From: Carcharhinus amblyrhynchos
Taxonomy: Eukaryota
Direction of reading: 5' to 3'
Length of the DNA: 64,000 bases
Assembly (NCBI GenBank): GCA_965287045.1
Contig: OZ336872.1
Coordinates: forward strand, 8,184,001 to 8,248,000
Part shown: positions 1-12,379 of the stretch, piece by piece
Numbering within the stretch: the stretch's first letter is position 1
Layout: each line of letters begins with the position of its first letter
Program-made: the position numbers and the translations under genes
Notes under the pieces: model-generated
Seen by the model: the letters and a program-made list of their open reading frames with translations, nothing else
The model's database searches: none
What the model was told of the DNA's origin: nothing

Positions 1-689
1 TGGTGCCAGATTGTGGCGACGAGGGGAATTTCACAGTAACTTCATTGCAGTGTTAATGTAAGCCTTAATTGTGACTAATAAATAAATAAAATTTACTTAG
101 GCTTGTTTTTAATGGCCTCGGTGCTTCACAACCAATGAAAGACTGTGGTCATTGTTGCAATATAGGAAACACGTCAGCCAGTTTGCACACAGCAAGATCC
201 CACACATGGCATGGCAATGAGATATTGTACAGGTAGCGTGGTGTCTCGTTTTACTGACATTGCTCAAGCGACAGAACATTGGGGGAACTCCCCGTCGCTC
301 TTTCTGAGTTCACACAGGCACACAGAGGGGCGTTTGTTCAGTGGTTCATTTGAAAGATGCTGTCTCTCTGACAGTGAAGCACTCCCTCAGTAGTGTGGAG
401 ATTTTACACTCCAGAACTGACTACAGGACCAGAATGCTGCTAACTGGATCTAACTAATATCTTTAAATTGCAACGAAAGGAGCTCTTTTTATACAAGTCA
501 TTTTAAGCTTCTCTGCTTTAAGAGTATAATTTCTGCCAATTTGCCTCGATGCTGGCGTTCTCAGCTCTCTGGTCTGAGGGTTGGAGAAGCAGATGATCAG
601 GGCACCGATTCAGTATGTGACTGAGTGTGAATTTCCCCCTTTCAGATATGCATGGGGCAATGGCTTGCAACCTTTCAAAAAGGCACCCT

Positions 690-985
690 GGTCAGCACTG
701 CTGCCTCACGGTGCCAGGAGCCTGGGTTCGATTCCCGCCTCGGGTCACTGTCTGTGCGGAGTTTGCACATTCTCCCCATGTCTGTGTGGGTTTCCGCCAG
801 GTGCTCTGGTTTCCTCCCACGGTCCAAAGATGTGCGGGTTAGGTTGATTGGCCGCGCTAAATTGACTCGAGTGTCAGGGGATTAGCAGGGTAGATAAGTG
901 GGGTTATGGGAATAAGGTCTGAGTGGGATTATGCTCGGTGCAGAGTTAGTGGGCTGAATGGCCTCCTTCTGCACAGTTGGGATTA
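690..985 (+). mobile_element. HE1-type V-SINE (CR1-derived tail)
   Basis: tRNA-like head with B box GGTTCGATTCC; V-domain gtggagtttgcacattctcccc. Confidence 0.9.
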
Positions 986-1089
986 TCTTTAAGACAAACT
1001 CTGGTGGATTAAACATGTGGATTAAAGGAGCAAAGTTCAGTGTCTTGGGTAATGTTTGTATTCCACTGGCACAAGCAAAGCAAATCAAC

Positions 1090-1171
1090 TGGAGTTTGTG
1101 TTATTTGGAGTTTGTGTTATTTGGAGTTTGTGTTATTTGGAGTTTGTGTTATTTGGAGTTTGTGTTATTTG
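1090..1171. repeat. 16-bp tandem repeat x5 (TGGAGTTTGTGTTATT)
   Basis: Five perfect copies. Confidence 0.95.
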
Positions 1172-1887
1172 CTGAGTACAAACTGTTCATAAATGTAATT
1201 TTAAATAATTCTTTCATGGGCTGTGGGCATTGCTGGCTGGGTCAGCATCTGTTTCCCATCCCTAATTGCATTTCAGAGGCAGTCAACCACGTTGCTCTGG
1301 CTTGGAATATGGGCCAGACCGGGTAAGGATGGCAGATTTCCTTCCCGAAAGGACATTAGTGTTTCTCTCTACAGTAATTTCATTGCAAGCCTACTTGTGA
1401 CACTAAAATATTTATAGGATCAAAGAACATTAGTGAATGGGTTTTATGACCATCGACAACCGTTGTCATGGTCACCATCACTGAGACTAGCTTTATAATT
1501 CCAGATGTTTAAATTTAAATTCCAACTGTCACGCTGAGTCCCGACTGGTCACTGAGACCAGGCGAGCCTTACTCTTGCTGTGTCGCCCTTAAAGGGACAA
1601 CCACTGCAAAATGGCATAAAAATTACTTTAGTAGAAATTCTGCACAAAATAGCTGTCGCACACCGCCTTATCCATTGACAAAAACCCTTTAAGCAGTTTT
1701 TCCAAGGAGCCAACCTTCTTCCCTGTGCAGTCTAGACATTGTATGAGCAGGCTGTTTGACTTCAAGACATACATGCCATATTTGATATCCTGATCTGAGA
1801 TGCACAGTTTCCAGCAGAGACCATTGGATAGTTATCAGGAGTAGAGAACCTTTTATTCAGGCAATCCCACCCCCCTGTCCTCTGTTT

Positions 1888-3360
1888 TGGAAAACGGCTA
1901 ATGTTACGCCGTTGTTTAAGAAGGGTGCCAGGCAAAAGGCGGGGAATTATAGGCCGGTTAGTTTAACGTCTGTGGTAGGTAAAATGTTAGAATCCGTCAT
2001 TAAGGAGGAAATTGCGAGGCATCTTGAAGGGAATTGCTTGATAGGGCGGACGCAACACGGTTTCATTAAAGGGAAGTCGTGTCTGACAAATTTACTGGAG
2101 TTCTATGAGGATGTGTCTAGGGCAGTGGATAGAGGAGAGCCGGTGGATGTGGTCTTTCTGGATTTTCAGAAGGCGTTTGACAAGGTACCTCACAAGAGGT
2201 TATTGCAGAAGGTCAGGGGACATGGAGTTGGGGGTAGGGTGTTAGCGTGGATAGAGGATTGGTTGTCAAATAGGAGGCAGAGAGTGGGGGTCAATGGGTG
2301 CTATTCGGATTGGCGGTTGGTGACTAGTGGGGTGCCCCAGGGGTCGGTGCTGGGGCCTCAGCTATTTACCATTTATATAGATGATCTGGAGGAGGGAACC
2401 GAGTGCAGGGTGTCGAAATTTGCTGATGACACCAAGATTGGGGGAAAGGCAAATTGTGCGGAGGGTGTGGAGAGTCTGCAGAAGGATCTAGATAGGCTGG
2501 GCGAATGGGCCAGGAAATGGCAAATGGAATTTAATGTTGGCAAGTGTGAGGTGGTCCACTTTGGTAGGAAGAATGGTAGGAAGGACTATTACTTACGTGG
2601 CGAAAAACTGCAGCAGGCGACGGTGCAGAGGGACCTCGGGGTCCTTGTGCATGAGTCGCAAAAACCCAGCTTGCAGGTGCAGCAGGTGGTCAGGAAGGCG
2701 AATGGGATGCTGGCCTTCATAGCGAGGGGGATTGAATATAAAAGTAGGGAGGTCTTGCTGCAGCTGTATAGGGCATTGGTGAGGCCGCAGCTGGAGTACT
2801 GTGTGCAGTTTTGGGCGCCGCACCTGCGCAAGGATATTTTGGCCCTGGAGGGAGTGCAGAGGAGGTTTACTAGGCTGATACCGGAGTTGAGGGGATTGAG
2901 CTATGAGGAGAGGCTGAATAAACTAGGCTTGTACTCGTTAGAGTTTAGAAGAATGAGGGGAGATCTCATTGAGACGTATAAGATGATGAATGGGATGGAT
3001 AGGATAGAGGTGGAGAGACTCTTCCCGCTCAAAAAAGACAGTAGGACTAGGGGGCACAGCCTCAAGATAAAGGGGAGGCGGTTTAGAACGGAGTTGAGGA
3101 GGAACTTCTTCACTCAAAGGGTGGTGAATCTCTGGAATTCTCTGCCCGTTGAAGTGGTGGAGGCTGCCTCGCTAAATATTTTTAAGAAGCGGGTTGATGG
3201 GTTTTTGATAAGAGAGGGGATTAAGGGTTATGGGGAGAGGGCGGGAAAGTGGAACTGAGCCACAGCAGATCAGCCATGATCTTATTGAATGGCGGGGCAG
3301 GCTCGAAGGGCTAGATGGCCTACTCCTGCTCCTATTTCTTATGTTCTTATGTTCTTATGT
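1888..3360 (+). mobile_element. Young CR1 LINE, 5'-truncated; intact C-terminal ORF2 reverse transcriptase (1912-3258)
   Basis: Motifs NYRPVSLTS, LDFQKAFDKV, GVPQGSVLGP, FADD; 3' tail (TTCTTATG)n. Confidence 0.97.
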
Positions 3361-3704
3361 TGCCATGGCCAAAAACACGTACAAGCACCAACACTCTTGG
3401 TCTGCAGAGTTCTTTACTGCACCGTGTGGTGTAATTGATCACTGAAGCAGGGACAATTTTAACCATCATAAAACGGAGACTAAAGGATTATGATTTTCTT
3501 GCTCTTTGAATGAGTCATCACTTAATTACAATCATTAATTTGAAAGGCCGTCGTGCTTCATCACCCGAGCTAATGATCTCTGGAAAAACTTCGAACAAGT
3601 GCATTGAACAGAATCAGATTGTGGAGGTGGGTTCTGTTAGAAACACCTGCTTGCTGTATGTGTGTGCCAGTTTTTAGGTAGTGTAGGTGCAGTTCTGTGC
3701 TCAA

Positions 3705-3995
3705 CACATGGTGGCACAGTGGTTAGTCCCTGCCTTACAGCGCTAGCGACTCAGCTTCGATTCCTGGTTTAGGTTATTGTCCGTGCATGTTCTCCCCGTG
3801 TCTGTGTGGGTTTCCTCTGGGTGCTCCGGTTTTCTCTCTCAGCCTGAAAGACGTGCTGGTTAGATGCGTTGGCCGTGCTAAATTCTCCCTCAGTGTACCC
3901 GAACAGGCGCTGGAGTGTGGCGACTAGGAGATTTTCAGAGTAACTTCATTGCAGTGTTAATGTAGGCTTACTTGTGATGCTAATAAACTAAACTA
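3705..3995 (+). mobile_element. V-SINE, alternative-tail subfamily
   Basis: Same head and V-domain; tail cagtgtacccgaacagg...aacttcattgcagtgttaatgta. Confidence 0.88.
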
Positions 3996-4423
3996 TCCCA
4001 TGAAGTCGAAAAGTGAGGATGTTTCTGTGCTGACTCGGATTATTAAATAGTAAAAAGTATCTGAAATGAGAAATGAGAATTGTATTTCCTTTTTGAGATG
4101 AGTTTTACTTTAAGTGCAACTAAGAGAGTCTACTGACGTCCTTGACCAAAGGTGAAGATTGTTATTTCCTTTTCTGAACTTTAACCACATTTTCATTCAA
4201 ACTGATCTCCAGGAGAGGCCTGGTAGAGTTAGACAACCCTGGCCAGAACCTTCTGCACTTGCAGTGGGTATCTTTGTGGATGGGACCAGAAGACCAATAA
4301 CTGGTGTGACGTTGTTGTGAAGCTAGGTGGCAATTGTGCCCTCCAGCTGCCAGTGGTGGGCTGTGTTTCCCACTGGCTGCACGTAGGGAATGTCCCTTCA
4401 ATACTTTTGCATCTCATTGTAAG

Positions 4424-5180
4424 TGTTATGGGTCAGGTTAGAAACTCCAAAGTGCTTTCTGGAGACCAATCCACAAATTTAGCATCTTGAATGTGGCTAG
4501 GATGAGAATAATATTGTTCATTTCTGATATGATTCAACAACCCACCAGGGAGCTTTGATCAAACAAAGTTTAGCTAAGAATATAGTTAATAGATATAGAA
4601 AGCAAATTAGCAATATCTTTTATCAATTACAAACACAAAAAAGAAAAACAGAAAGAAAACAACCACAATAATGTATTAACCCTTCACTGAATATTAAAGC
4701 TGTTCCAACAAACCAAAACCTTTCATAGATAAACCTCTTTTTACAGATTTAACACAGCAGAGATTAATATCTCACTCGACTGGAATTGAGTTTTTTCGAA
4801 AGATACACTTTCCTTCCGAAAGGCAAAATATTGTCTTGAATTTCCAAATAGAACAGAGAGAGAGAGAGACTTCAGCTTCTTGCTTGCTTGATGCCCCTGC
4901 TAAAACTAAAAACTAAACTGCAGTTTCAGAACTCTCAAAACTAAAACCTTAAACTCACTAGTAAGAAAATAACTGTCCAAAAACACATGATGTTTTCTCC
5001 TAACAATGCAGGGTTGTAAAACTAATCCCAGATTAAAATAAACAACCCCCATTTAAACTATTGAAGTAGCAATAACTAGGCTCATCAGAGCCAGTCCGAC
5101 ATCAATAATGACATCACTGAAACTGTGAGAAATCATGTTTGTTTGAAAAAAACCTTTCTTAATGATACACTAATACCTCA
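4424..5180 (-). mobile_element. Candidate solo LTR
   Basis: TG...CA termini and imperfect 5-bp flanks GTAAG/GAAAG; both ends resemble 62628-63415; orientation inferred. Confidence 0.55.
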
Positions 5181-5454
5181 GAAAGCCCTGCCTGCCAGAA
5201 TGAGCTGAAGGATCTGGGTGTATCCACGTGTAGTTAGAATGATGTGTTGCACAGCAGTACATAAGTGATGTATCCTGGCGCCATGCACTTCACTCCTCAC
5301 TTTGAGGTTAGTTTGCCTATCTTGTATCACACAGCATGCGTGGGATCCTATGCCAGGCTGTTCAGGAAATTTTCACAGGCAAGTGTCTACCTACCAGAGC
5401 AGTGGTGAGGTGAGGGTAGCTTTTTATGTGTTGCAGGTCTAGGACTAAAAATTT

Positions 5455-5625
5455 TAAGTTCATGTATTAGTGTCACAAGTAGGCTTACATTCACACTGCA
5501 ATGAAGTTACTGTGAAAATCCCATAGTCGCCGCACTCCGGCACCTGTTCGGGCACACTGAGGGAGAATTTAGCACGGCCAATGCACCCTAACCAGCACGC
5601 CTTTCAGACTAGGCTGTACCGGAGA
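5455..5625 (-). mobile_element. V-SINE alternative-tail 3' fragment
   Basis: Reverse complement of the 3705 tail; similar tails at 1-95 (+) and 18085-18235 (-). Confidence 0.85.
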
Positions 5626-6719
5626 ACTGGGGATGGGAGGGTGGGTGTGAGGCAACTGTCCTGAGGGAAGGGAAAGGGTGTGCAGGGCTCCATTGGGGAG
5701 GGTACAAGTGGGGAAGAAAGAGCACAGACACATGACTGGGGGGGGGGGGGGAGTGTGGGGGAGTGCAGGGGGGTTTCTGTGTCTGGAAAAATTTTGGGAA
5801 ACCCTCTTTTTTGGAGAGTTGGTGCAGATTCGCAGAGCCAAATGGCCTCCTACTGCACTATCGGGGTTCCATGGTTCTAAATTATCCTAAATCCTTCACC
5901 TCTGATTATCAGTCCTCCAGCTGTTAGAGAGTTTCTCCTTGTTTACTAAATTAGTTACCCTCATTGCTTTTCGCTCCAGTCACCAACCCAGTTGTGCACC
6001 TCCGTGAAACTATCAAACTTCAGGTGTTTAGCACGCGTCCCTCGGTCATTTCATTTTTTAGACAAAGCACGTGACGAATATCTTGTTTATTCAACTAGTA
6101 ACTGCCAGAGATGGCAGCCAGGAAGTTTGTCTCTTAGAACAGAGTCCATTTGCCAAGGAGTTTCAACATATCCAGCTGCTCATCCCCTCCCCATCGAGCA
6201 GTGCCTCCAGCATGAAGACTCTTTCTTTCTTCAGCATCCTCTCCACACACTGGGGAGGAATCGAGCCCGTGGCCAGATCAGCAGTTTCCAGCCTTCGTTC
6301 TTTCTCCAAGAGAGAAATCAACCCTTCATCTTCGGAGCCCTTGTTTGCCTCCCGCCTACACAGTTTCCCAGGAAGTCTGCTGTTCATGCACCACTCTCCT
6401 CAATCTCCTGCCCACAATTTTGCACATCATCCCCCCTCCCTCCTTGCTGCCCCCTAACCCCTGCCTCCTGACCCCCTTCATAGGTTGATCTCCAGCCACA
6501 ACTACCATCTTCTTCTGTGCTGGGTATGACTCCAACCAGCTGTGGGCTTTCCCCCTCATTCTCATTGACTGCTAGAACTCCTCAAAGTCTCAGCGAGTGG
6601 TGGAAGCAGAGTCAATAATAACACTCAAAAAGGATGAATATTTGAAAAGGTGTGATGTGTAGGACTCTTAGGCAAGAGCAAGGGTGTGGGGCTCGCTCTT
6701 TCTAACACAATTAAAACAT

Positions 6720-6995
6720 GAGCATGACGGCACAGTTGTTAGTGCCTCACAGGGACCTGGGTTCAATTCCTGGCTTGGGTCACTGTCTGTGTGGAGTTTG
6801 CACATTCTCCCCGTGTCTGTGTGGGTTTCCTCCGGTTTCCTCCCACAGTCCGAAAGACGTGCTGATTGGATGCATTGGCCGTGCTAAATTCTCCCTCAGT
6901 GTACCCGAACAGGTGCCGGAGTGTGGCGACTAGGGGAATTTCACAGTAAATGTTAATGCAAGCCTTGCTTGTGACCAATAAATAAATTTACTTTA
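6720..6995 (+). mobile_element. V-SINE, alternative tail
   Basis: Head, V-domain and tail present. Confidence 0.88.
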
Positions 6996-7139
6996 TTTAA
7001 TTCCCTGTGATTTTTCTCCCTGATTTTTGTTTGTGATTAATTTTTAAGTTTAAAAAATTCCTGGAGATTCAGGACATTTCTGGAGGGTTGGCCAACGTAA
7101 ATCATGCTGGAAAATCATCAGCGATTTGGGAAGAAAAAT

Positions 7140-7415
7140 GCCTCTGTGCAGAAGGAGGCCATTCGGCCCATCGAGCCTGCACCACCAACAATCCCACCCA
7201 GGCCCTATCCCTGTAACTTCACGTATTTACCCTGCCAATGGGACACTGAGGTGCAATTTAGCATGGCCAATCCACCTAACCGGCACATCTTTGGAACGTG
7301 GGAGGAAACTGGAGCGCCTGGACGAAACCCAATGTGCAGATTCCACACAAGTGAGGAATCAAACCCCTGCCCCTGAAGCTGTGAAGCAGTAGTGCTAACC
7401 ACTGTGCCACCCGTG
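7140..7415 (-). mobile_element. HE1-type V-SINE
   Basis: Reverse-complement match to the HE1 copies. Confidence 0.85.
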
Positions 7416-8244
7416 ATAACCCATTTGTTGCTCAACACTGGTCAAGTTAGGGTCAGCCACACTTAAGGGAACAGTTGTAAGTTTAGCTAGGCATCACTTA
7501 TTCTATTTATAACAGTAGTCATAAGTTTCCAACTCGCAGTTTTGTGGTCCAAATAGATCAGGTAAAACACCTGTGAGATGCCACTTTGTCATCTGGATGT
7601 CTAGTCTTTCCATACAAGCTTTCTATCTTTGGTCATTTATTACTACAGGTTAATCCCAATACTAGGAGATGGTACAACTTACTGGCCTAAATGGCAACTT
7701 GTATAACTCACCCCAGGCCCTGAGTGAAACAGCATTATAGCTGTCTGGTTGTATCAGTTACATTACATGACATCAGCCAGAGTCGACGGACTGGCCCAGC
7801 CTGAAGCACGACCTTACTTTTGACTGTTGCCAGCAAATGACACTGCTCCAGCCTAAGCCCCAAGAGCTGGTTCTGTTGCCCAGACTGACGCTGACACTGA
7901 GGGCTTGCGCAGCTTGGCAAATCGCACTGAGGTCACTGGAATTCACTGCTCCAGTTTGACTCCAGTGGAATGCTGGGGCCACTGTTGTGCGTCTGACAAG
8001 TAAAGAACCACATTGCTTTGATACAGCCTGGTACCGTGATCAGTCCAGCTTAACACAACACCCTGAGTCTGGAATACAGCTACGAGAAGCCCCTTGCTGG
8101 GTTTATGACTATTGCTGCTTTTGTACAACAACGACTTCAGGACTTGTCACGTTCATTTGCTGCCACATTTTTGGGTGGGACAGTAATGAGCACTGTTGCA
8201 CAGTGGCACACAGTGGTTTACAGTCAGAGGGAGAGTATCCATTT

Positions 8245-9043
8245 CCAGAAGTGGGAATGTTTGCTGATGATTGCGTAATGTTCAGCGCCATTCACGACTC
8301 CTCAAACACTGAAGTAGTCCATGTCCAAGACCTGAACAATATCCAGGCTTGGGCAAACAAGTGGCAAGTAACATTCATACCACACAAATTCCAGCCAATT
8401 ACCATATCCAACGAGAGAAACTAACTATCACCCCGTGACATTTAATAGTATCACTGAATCCCTCACCATTAGCGTCTGGAGTTACCATTGATCAGAAACT
8501 GAACCAGACCAGTATATAAATGTGTGGCTCCGAGAGCAGGTTAGAGGTTTGTAACCCTGTGAAGAGTCATTCACCTCTTGACTCCCCAAAGCCTGTCCAT
8601 CATCTACAAGGCATGAGTTGAAGTGAGGTGGACTGCCCTCTATTGGCCTGGGTGAGATCAGCTCCAACAAGCACAACACCATCCAGGACAGAGCAGTGTA
8701 CTGGATTGCAACTCCTTCCACAAACATTCCCTCCCCCTATCACCGACAGACAATGGCAGCAGTACCTCCAATCTACAGGATACACTGCAGGAACGCAGCA
8801 AGGCTCCTTCAGCAGTATCTTCCAAATGCCACCACTTGGAAGTTCCCCTCAAGTCACTCACCATCCTGATTGGAAATATATTCCACTCCTTCATTGGGTC
8901 AAAATCCTGGAACTTCCCCTCTAACAACACTGAGGGTGTCCCTACACATCAGGAACTGCAGCGGTTCAAGAAGGCAACTCACCACCACCTTCTCAAGGGA
9001 AACCAGGGCTTGGAAATAAATGGTGGTCTAACCAGCAACACCT
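8245..9043 (+). mobile_element. Old CR1-type LINE 3' fragment
   Basis: EVGMFADDC...LNNIQAWANKWQVTF; degenerate. Confidence 0.8.
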
Positions 9044-9044
9044 A

Positions 9045-10275
9045 ATAAGAACATAAGAAATAGGAGCAGGAGTAGGCCATCTAGCCCTTCGAGCCTGCCC
9101 CGCCATTCAATAAGATCATGGCTGATCTGTTGTGGCTCAGTTCCACTTTCCCGCCCTCTCCCCATAACCCTTAATCCCCTCTCTTATCAAGAACCCATCA
9201 ACCCGCTTCTTAAAAATATTTAGCGAGGCAGCCTCCACCACTTCAACGGGCAGAGAATTCCAGAGATTCACCACCCTTTGAGTGAAGAAGTTCCTCCTCA
9301 ACTCCGTTCTAAACCGCCCCCCTTTATCTTGAGGCTGTGCCCCCTAGTCCTACTGTCTTTTTTGAGCGGGAAGAGTCTCTCCACCTCTATCCTATCCATC
9401 CCATTCATCATCTTATACGTCTCAATGAGATCTCCCCTCATTCTTCTAAACTCTAACGAGTACAAGCCTAGTTTATTCAGCCTCTCCTCATAGCTCAATC
9501 CCCTCAACTCCGGTATCAGCCTAGTAAACCTCCTCTGCACTCCCTCCAGGGCCAAAATATCCTTGCGCAGGTGCGGCGCCCAAAACTGCACACAGTACTC
9601 CAGCTGCGGCCTCACCAATGCCCTATACAGCTGCAGCAAGACCTCCCTACTTTTATATTCAATCCCCCTCGCTATGAAGGCCAGCATCCCATTCGCCTTC
9701 CTGACCACCTGCTGCACCTGCAAGCTGGGTTTTTGCGACTCATGCACAAGGACCCCGAGGTCCCTCTGCACCGTCGCCTGCTGCAGTTTTTCGCCACGCA
9801 AGTAATAGTCCTTCCGACCATTCTTCCTACCAAAGTGGACCACCTCACACTTGCCAACATTAAATTCCATTTGCCATTTCCTGGCCCATTCGCCCAGCCT
9901 ATCTAGATCCTTCTGCAGACTCTCCACACCCTCCGCACAATTTGCCTTTCCCCCAATCTTGGTGTCATCAGCAAATTTCGACACCCTGCACTCGGTTCCC
10001 TCCTCCAGATCATCTATATAAATGGTAAATAGCTGAGGCCCCAGCACCGACCCCTGGGGCACCCCACTAGTCACCAACCGCCAATCCGAATAGCACCCAT
10101 TGACCCCCGCTCTCTGCCTCCTATTTGACAACCAATCCTCTATCCACGCTAACACCCTACCCCCAACTCCATGTCCCCTGACCTTCTGCAATAACCTCTT
10201 GTGAGGTACCTTGTCAAACGCCTTCTGAAAATCCAGAAAGACCACATCCACCGGCTCTCCTCTATCCACTGCCCT
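9045..10275 (-). mobile_element. Young CR1 LINE, 5'-truncated, near-identical to 1888-3360; 1-nt deletion near the ORF2 end
   Basis: Same RT peptide as the + copy except for a few substitutions; same tail. Confidence 0.97.
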
Positions 10276-10279
10276 GTAA

Positions 10280-10830
10280 AATAAATTATTAAAAATCAGT
10301 GATGGTAATGTCAAGAGGGGATGGTTGGAATCTCACTTTTTCAAGTTGGTCATTATCTGGCAGCTGTGTGGCATGAATGTTACTTATCACTTATCAACTC
10401 AAGACTGGATATTGTCCATCTCTTGCTGCATTTGGACATGGACTGTTCCTGTGTTTGAGGAGTTGCAGACATTGTGCAATCAAGAGCAAAAAGTCTCACA
10501 ATGCCAGGTTAAAGTCCAACAGGTTTATTTGGAATCACGAGCTTTCGGCCGAAAGCTCTTACTGTGCCCATCCCAGTCCAACATGGCATCTCCACTTCAA
10601 TCAACAGAAAACATCCCTACTTCTGATGTTATGATGGAGGGAAGGGTCACTGATGAAGCAGCTGAAGATGGTTGGGCCTAGGACACCATGCTGAGGAACT
10701 ACTGCAGAGATGTCCTGGAATTGGGATGATTGACCTCCAGCAACCACTTTGGTCCATTATGGACCCTGAGCATGACTCCAACCAGTGGAGATGTTTCTCC
10801 TGAATCGCAAGTACTTGAGGTTTGCCACAC
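10280..10830 (-). mobile_element. Old CR1-type LINE fragment, with a foldback insert at ~10484-10596
   Basis: Reverse-strand remnants of the GSVLGP..FSCFI RT region. Confidence 0.7.
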
Positions 10831-10834
10831 TCAG

Positions 10835-11092
10835 AAACATAGAAGGCGTACAGTGCAGAATGAGGCCATTCGGCCCATTTAGTCTGCACTACCTCTCCAA
10901 AAGAGCATCCCACCCAGGCCTCTCCTCTGCCCTATCCCCATGAACTATGGGAGGAAACCAGAGCACCCGGAGGAAATCCACACAGACACGGTGAGAACAT
11001 GCAAACTGTAGACACACTGTGACCCAAGGTCAGAATTGAACGTGGGTCCCTGGCGCCGTCAGGCGGCAGCACTAATCACTGTGCCACCGTGC
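10835..11092 (-). mobile_element. HE1-type V-SINE, internally deleted
   Basis: Head (cactgtgccaccgtgcc) and tail present. Confidence 0.8.
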
Positions 11093-11120
11093 CAACAAAC
11101 TGCGTCAAGTGCTTCCTTGC

Positions 11121-12378
11121 TGATATTGAGCTGCATACATCACTCTGATTGAGACTGGGCTGCATTATTCACACTGGATTACTTTCTGCATTGTCATCAG
11201 GCTGTGTCCTTGCTCAAAATTGTCACTGGGCTGCATGCATCGCTCAGGATTGAAACTCGGCTGCATGCATCACTCAGGATTGTTACTAGGCTGCATGCAT
11301 CACTCAGGATTGTTACTAGGCTGCATGCATCGCTCAGGATTGTTACTAGGCTGCATGCATCGCTCAGGATTGTTACTAGGCTGCATGCATCGCTCAGGAT
11401 TGTTACTAGGCTGCATGCATCACTCAGGATTGTTACTGGGCTGCATGCATCGCTCAGGATTGTTACTAGGCTGCATGCATCGCTCAGGATTGTTACTGGG
11501 CTGCATGCATCGCTCAGGATTGTTACTAGGCTGCATGCATCGCTCAGGATTGTTACTAGGCTGCATGCATCACTCAGGATTGTTACTAGGCTGCATGCAT
11601 CGCTCAGGATTGTTACTGGGCTGCATGCATCACTCAGGATTATCACTGGGCTGCATGTATTGTTTAGGATTGAAACTGGCTGAATGCATAGCTCAGAATT
11701 GACACTGAGTTGAATGCATTACTTCTGATTGTCACTGGGCTTCATTCATCACTCTGGGCTAACACTGAGCTGCATGCGTCCTTCTGGGTTGTCACCGGGC
11801 TGCATGCATCACCAGGGATTGACACTGGGCTGCATGCATCGCTAGGGATTGACACTGGCCTGCATGCATCACTCTGGATTGTTATTGGGCTGCATGCATC
11901 GCTCTGATTGACACTGGGCTGTATGAATCGCTTTGGATTGACACTGGCCTGCTTGCATCGCTAGGGATTGACACTGGCCTGCATGCATCACTCCGGATTG
12001 TCACCGGGCTGCATGCATCACTCCGGATTGTCACCGGGCTGCATGCATCACCAGGGATTGACAATGGGCTGCATGCATTGCTAGGGATTGACACTGGCCT
12101 GCATGCATCACTCCGGATTGTCACTGGGCTGCATGCATCACTCCGGATTGTCACCGGGCTGCATGCATCACCAGGGATTGACACTGGGCTGCATGCATTG
12201 CTAGGGATTGACACTGGCCTGCATGCATCACTCTGGATTGTTATTGGGCTGCATGCATCGCTAGGGATTGACACTGGCCTGCATGCATTACTCCGGATTG
12301 TCACCGGGCTGCATGCATCACTCCGGATTGACACTGGGCTGCATGCATCACTCTGGATTGTCATTGCGCTGCATGCAT
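11121..12378. repeat. 30-bp minisatellite (~40 units), consensus ~GGATTGTCACTGGGCTGCATGCATCACTCA
   Basis: Direct 30-bp periodicity is visible in the sequence; the repetitive 10-aa ORFs (LHASLRIVTR, SDACSLVTIL) are a by-product. Confidence 0.97.
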
Positions 12379-12379
12379 G

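Noticed and set aside
581-885. Recurrent short ORFs ([12 protein letters not shown].., LSVRSLHILP..) and tRNA-like sequence
   Set aside because: These are translations of V-SINE copies; the heads are tRNA-derived but are not complete tRNA genes.
1912-3258. 448-aa ORF as a host gene or autonomous element
   Set aside because: 5'-truncated CR1 ORF2 lacking the endonuclease, promoter and a true ATG.
1-11100. Exons of the usual upstream neighbour SLC25A20
   Set aside because: I found no mitochondrial-carrier peptide on either strand by eye.
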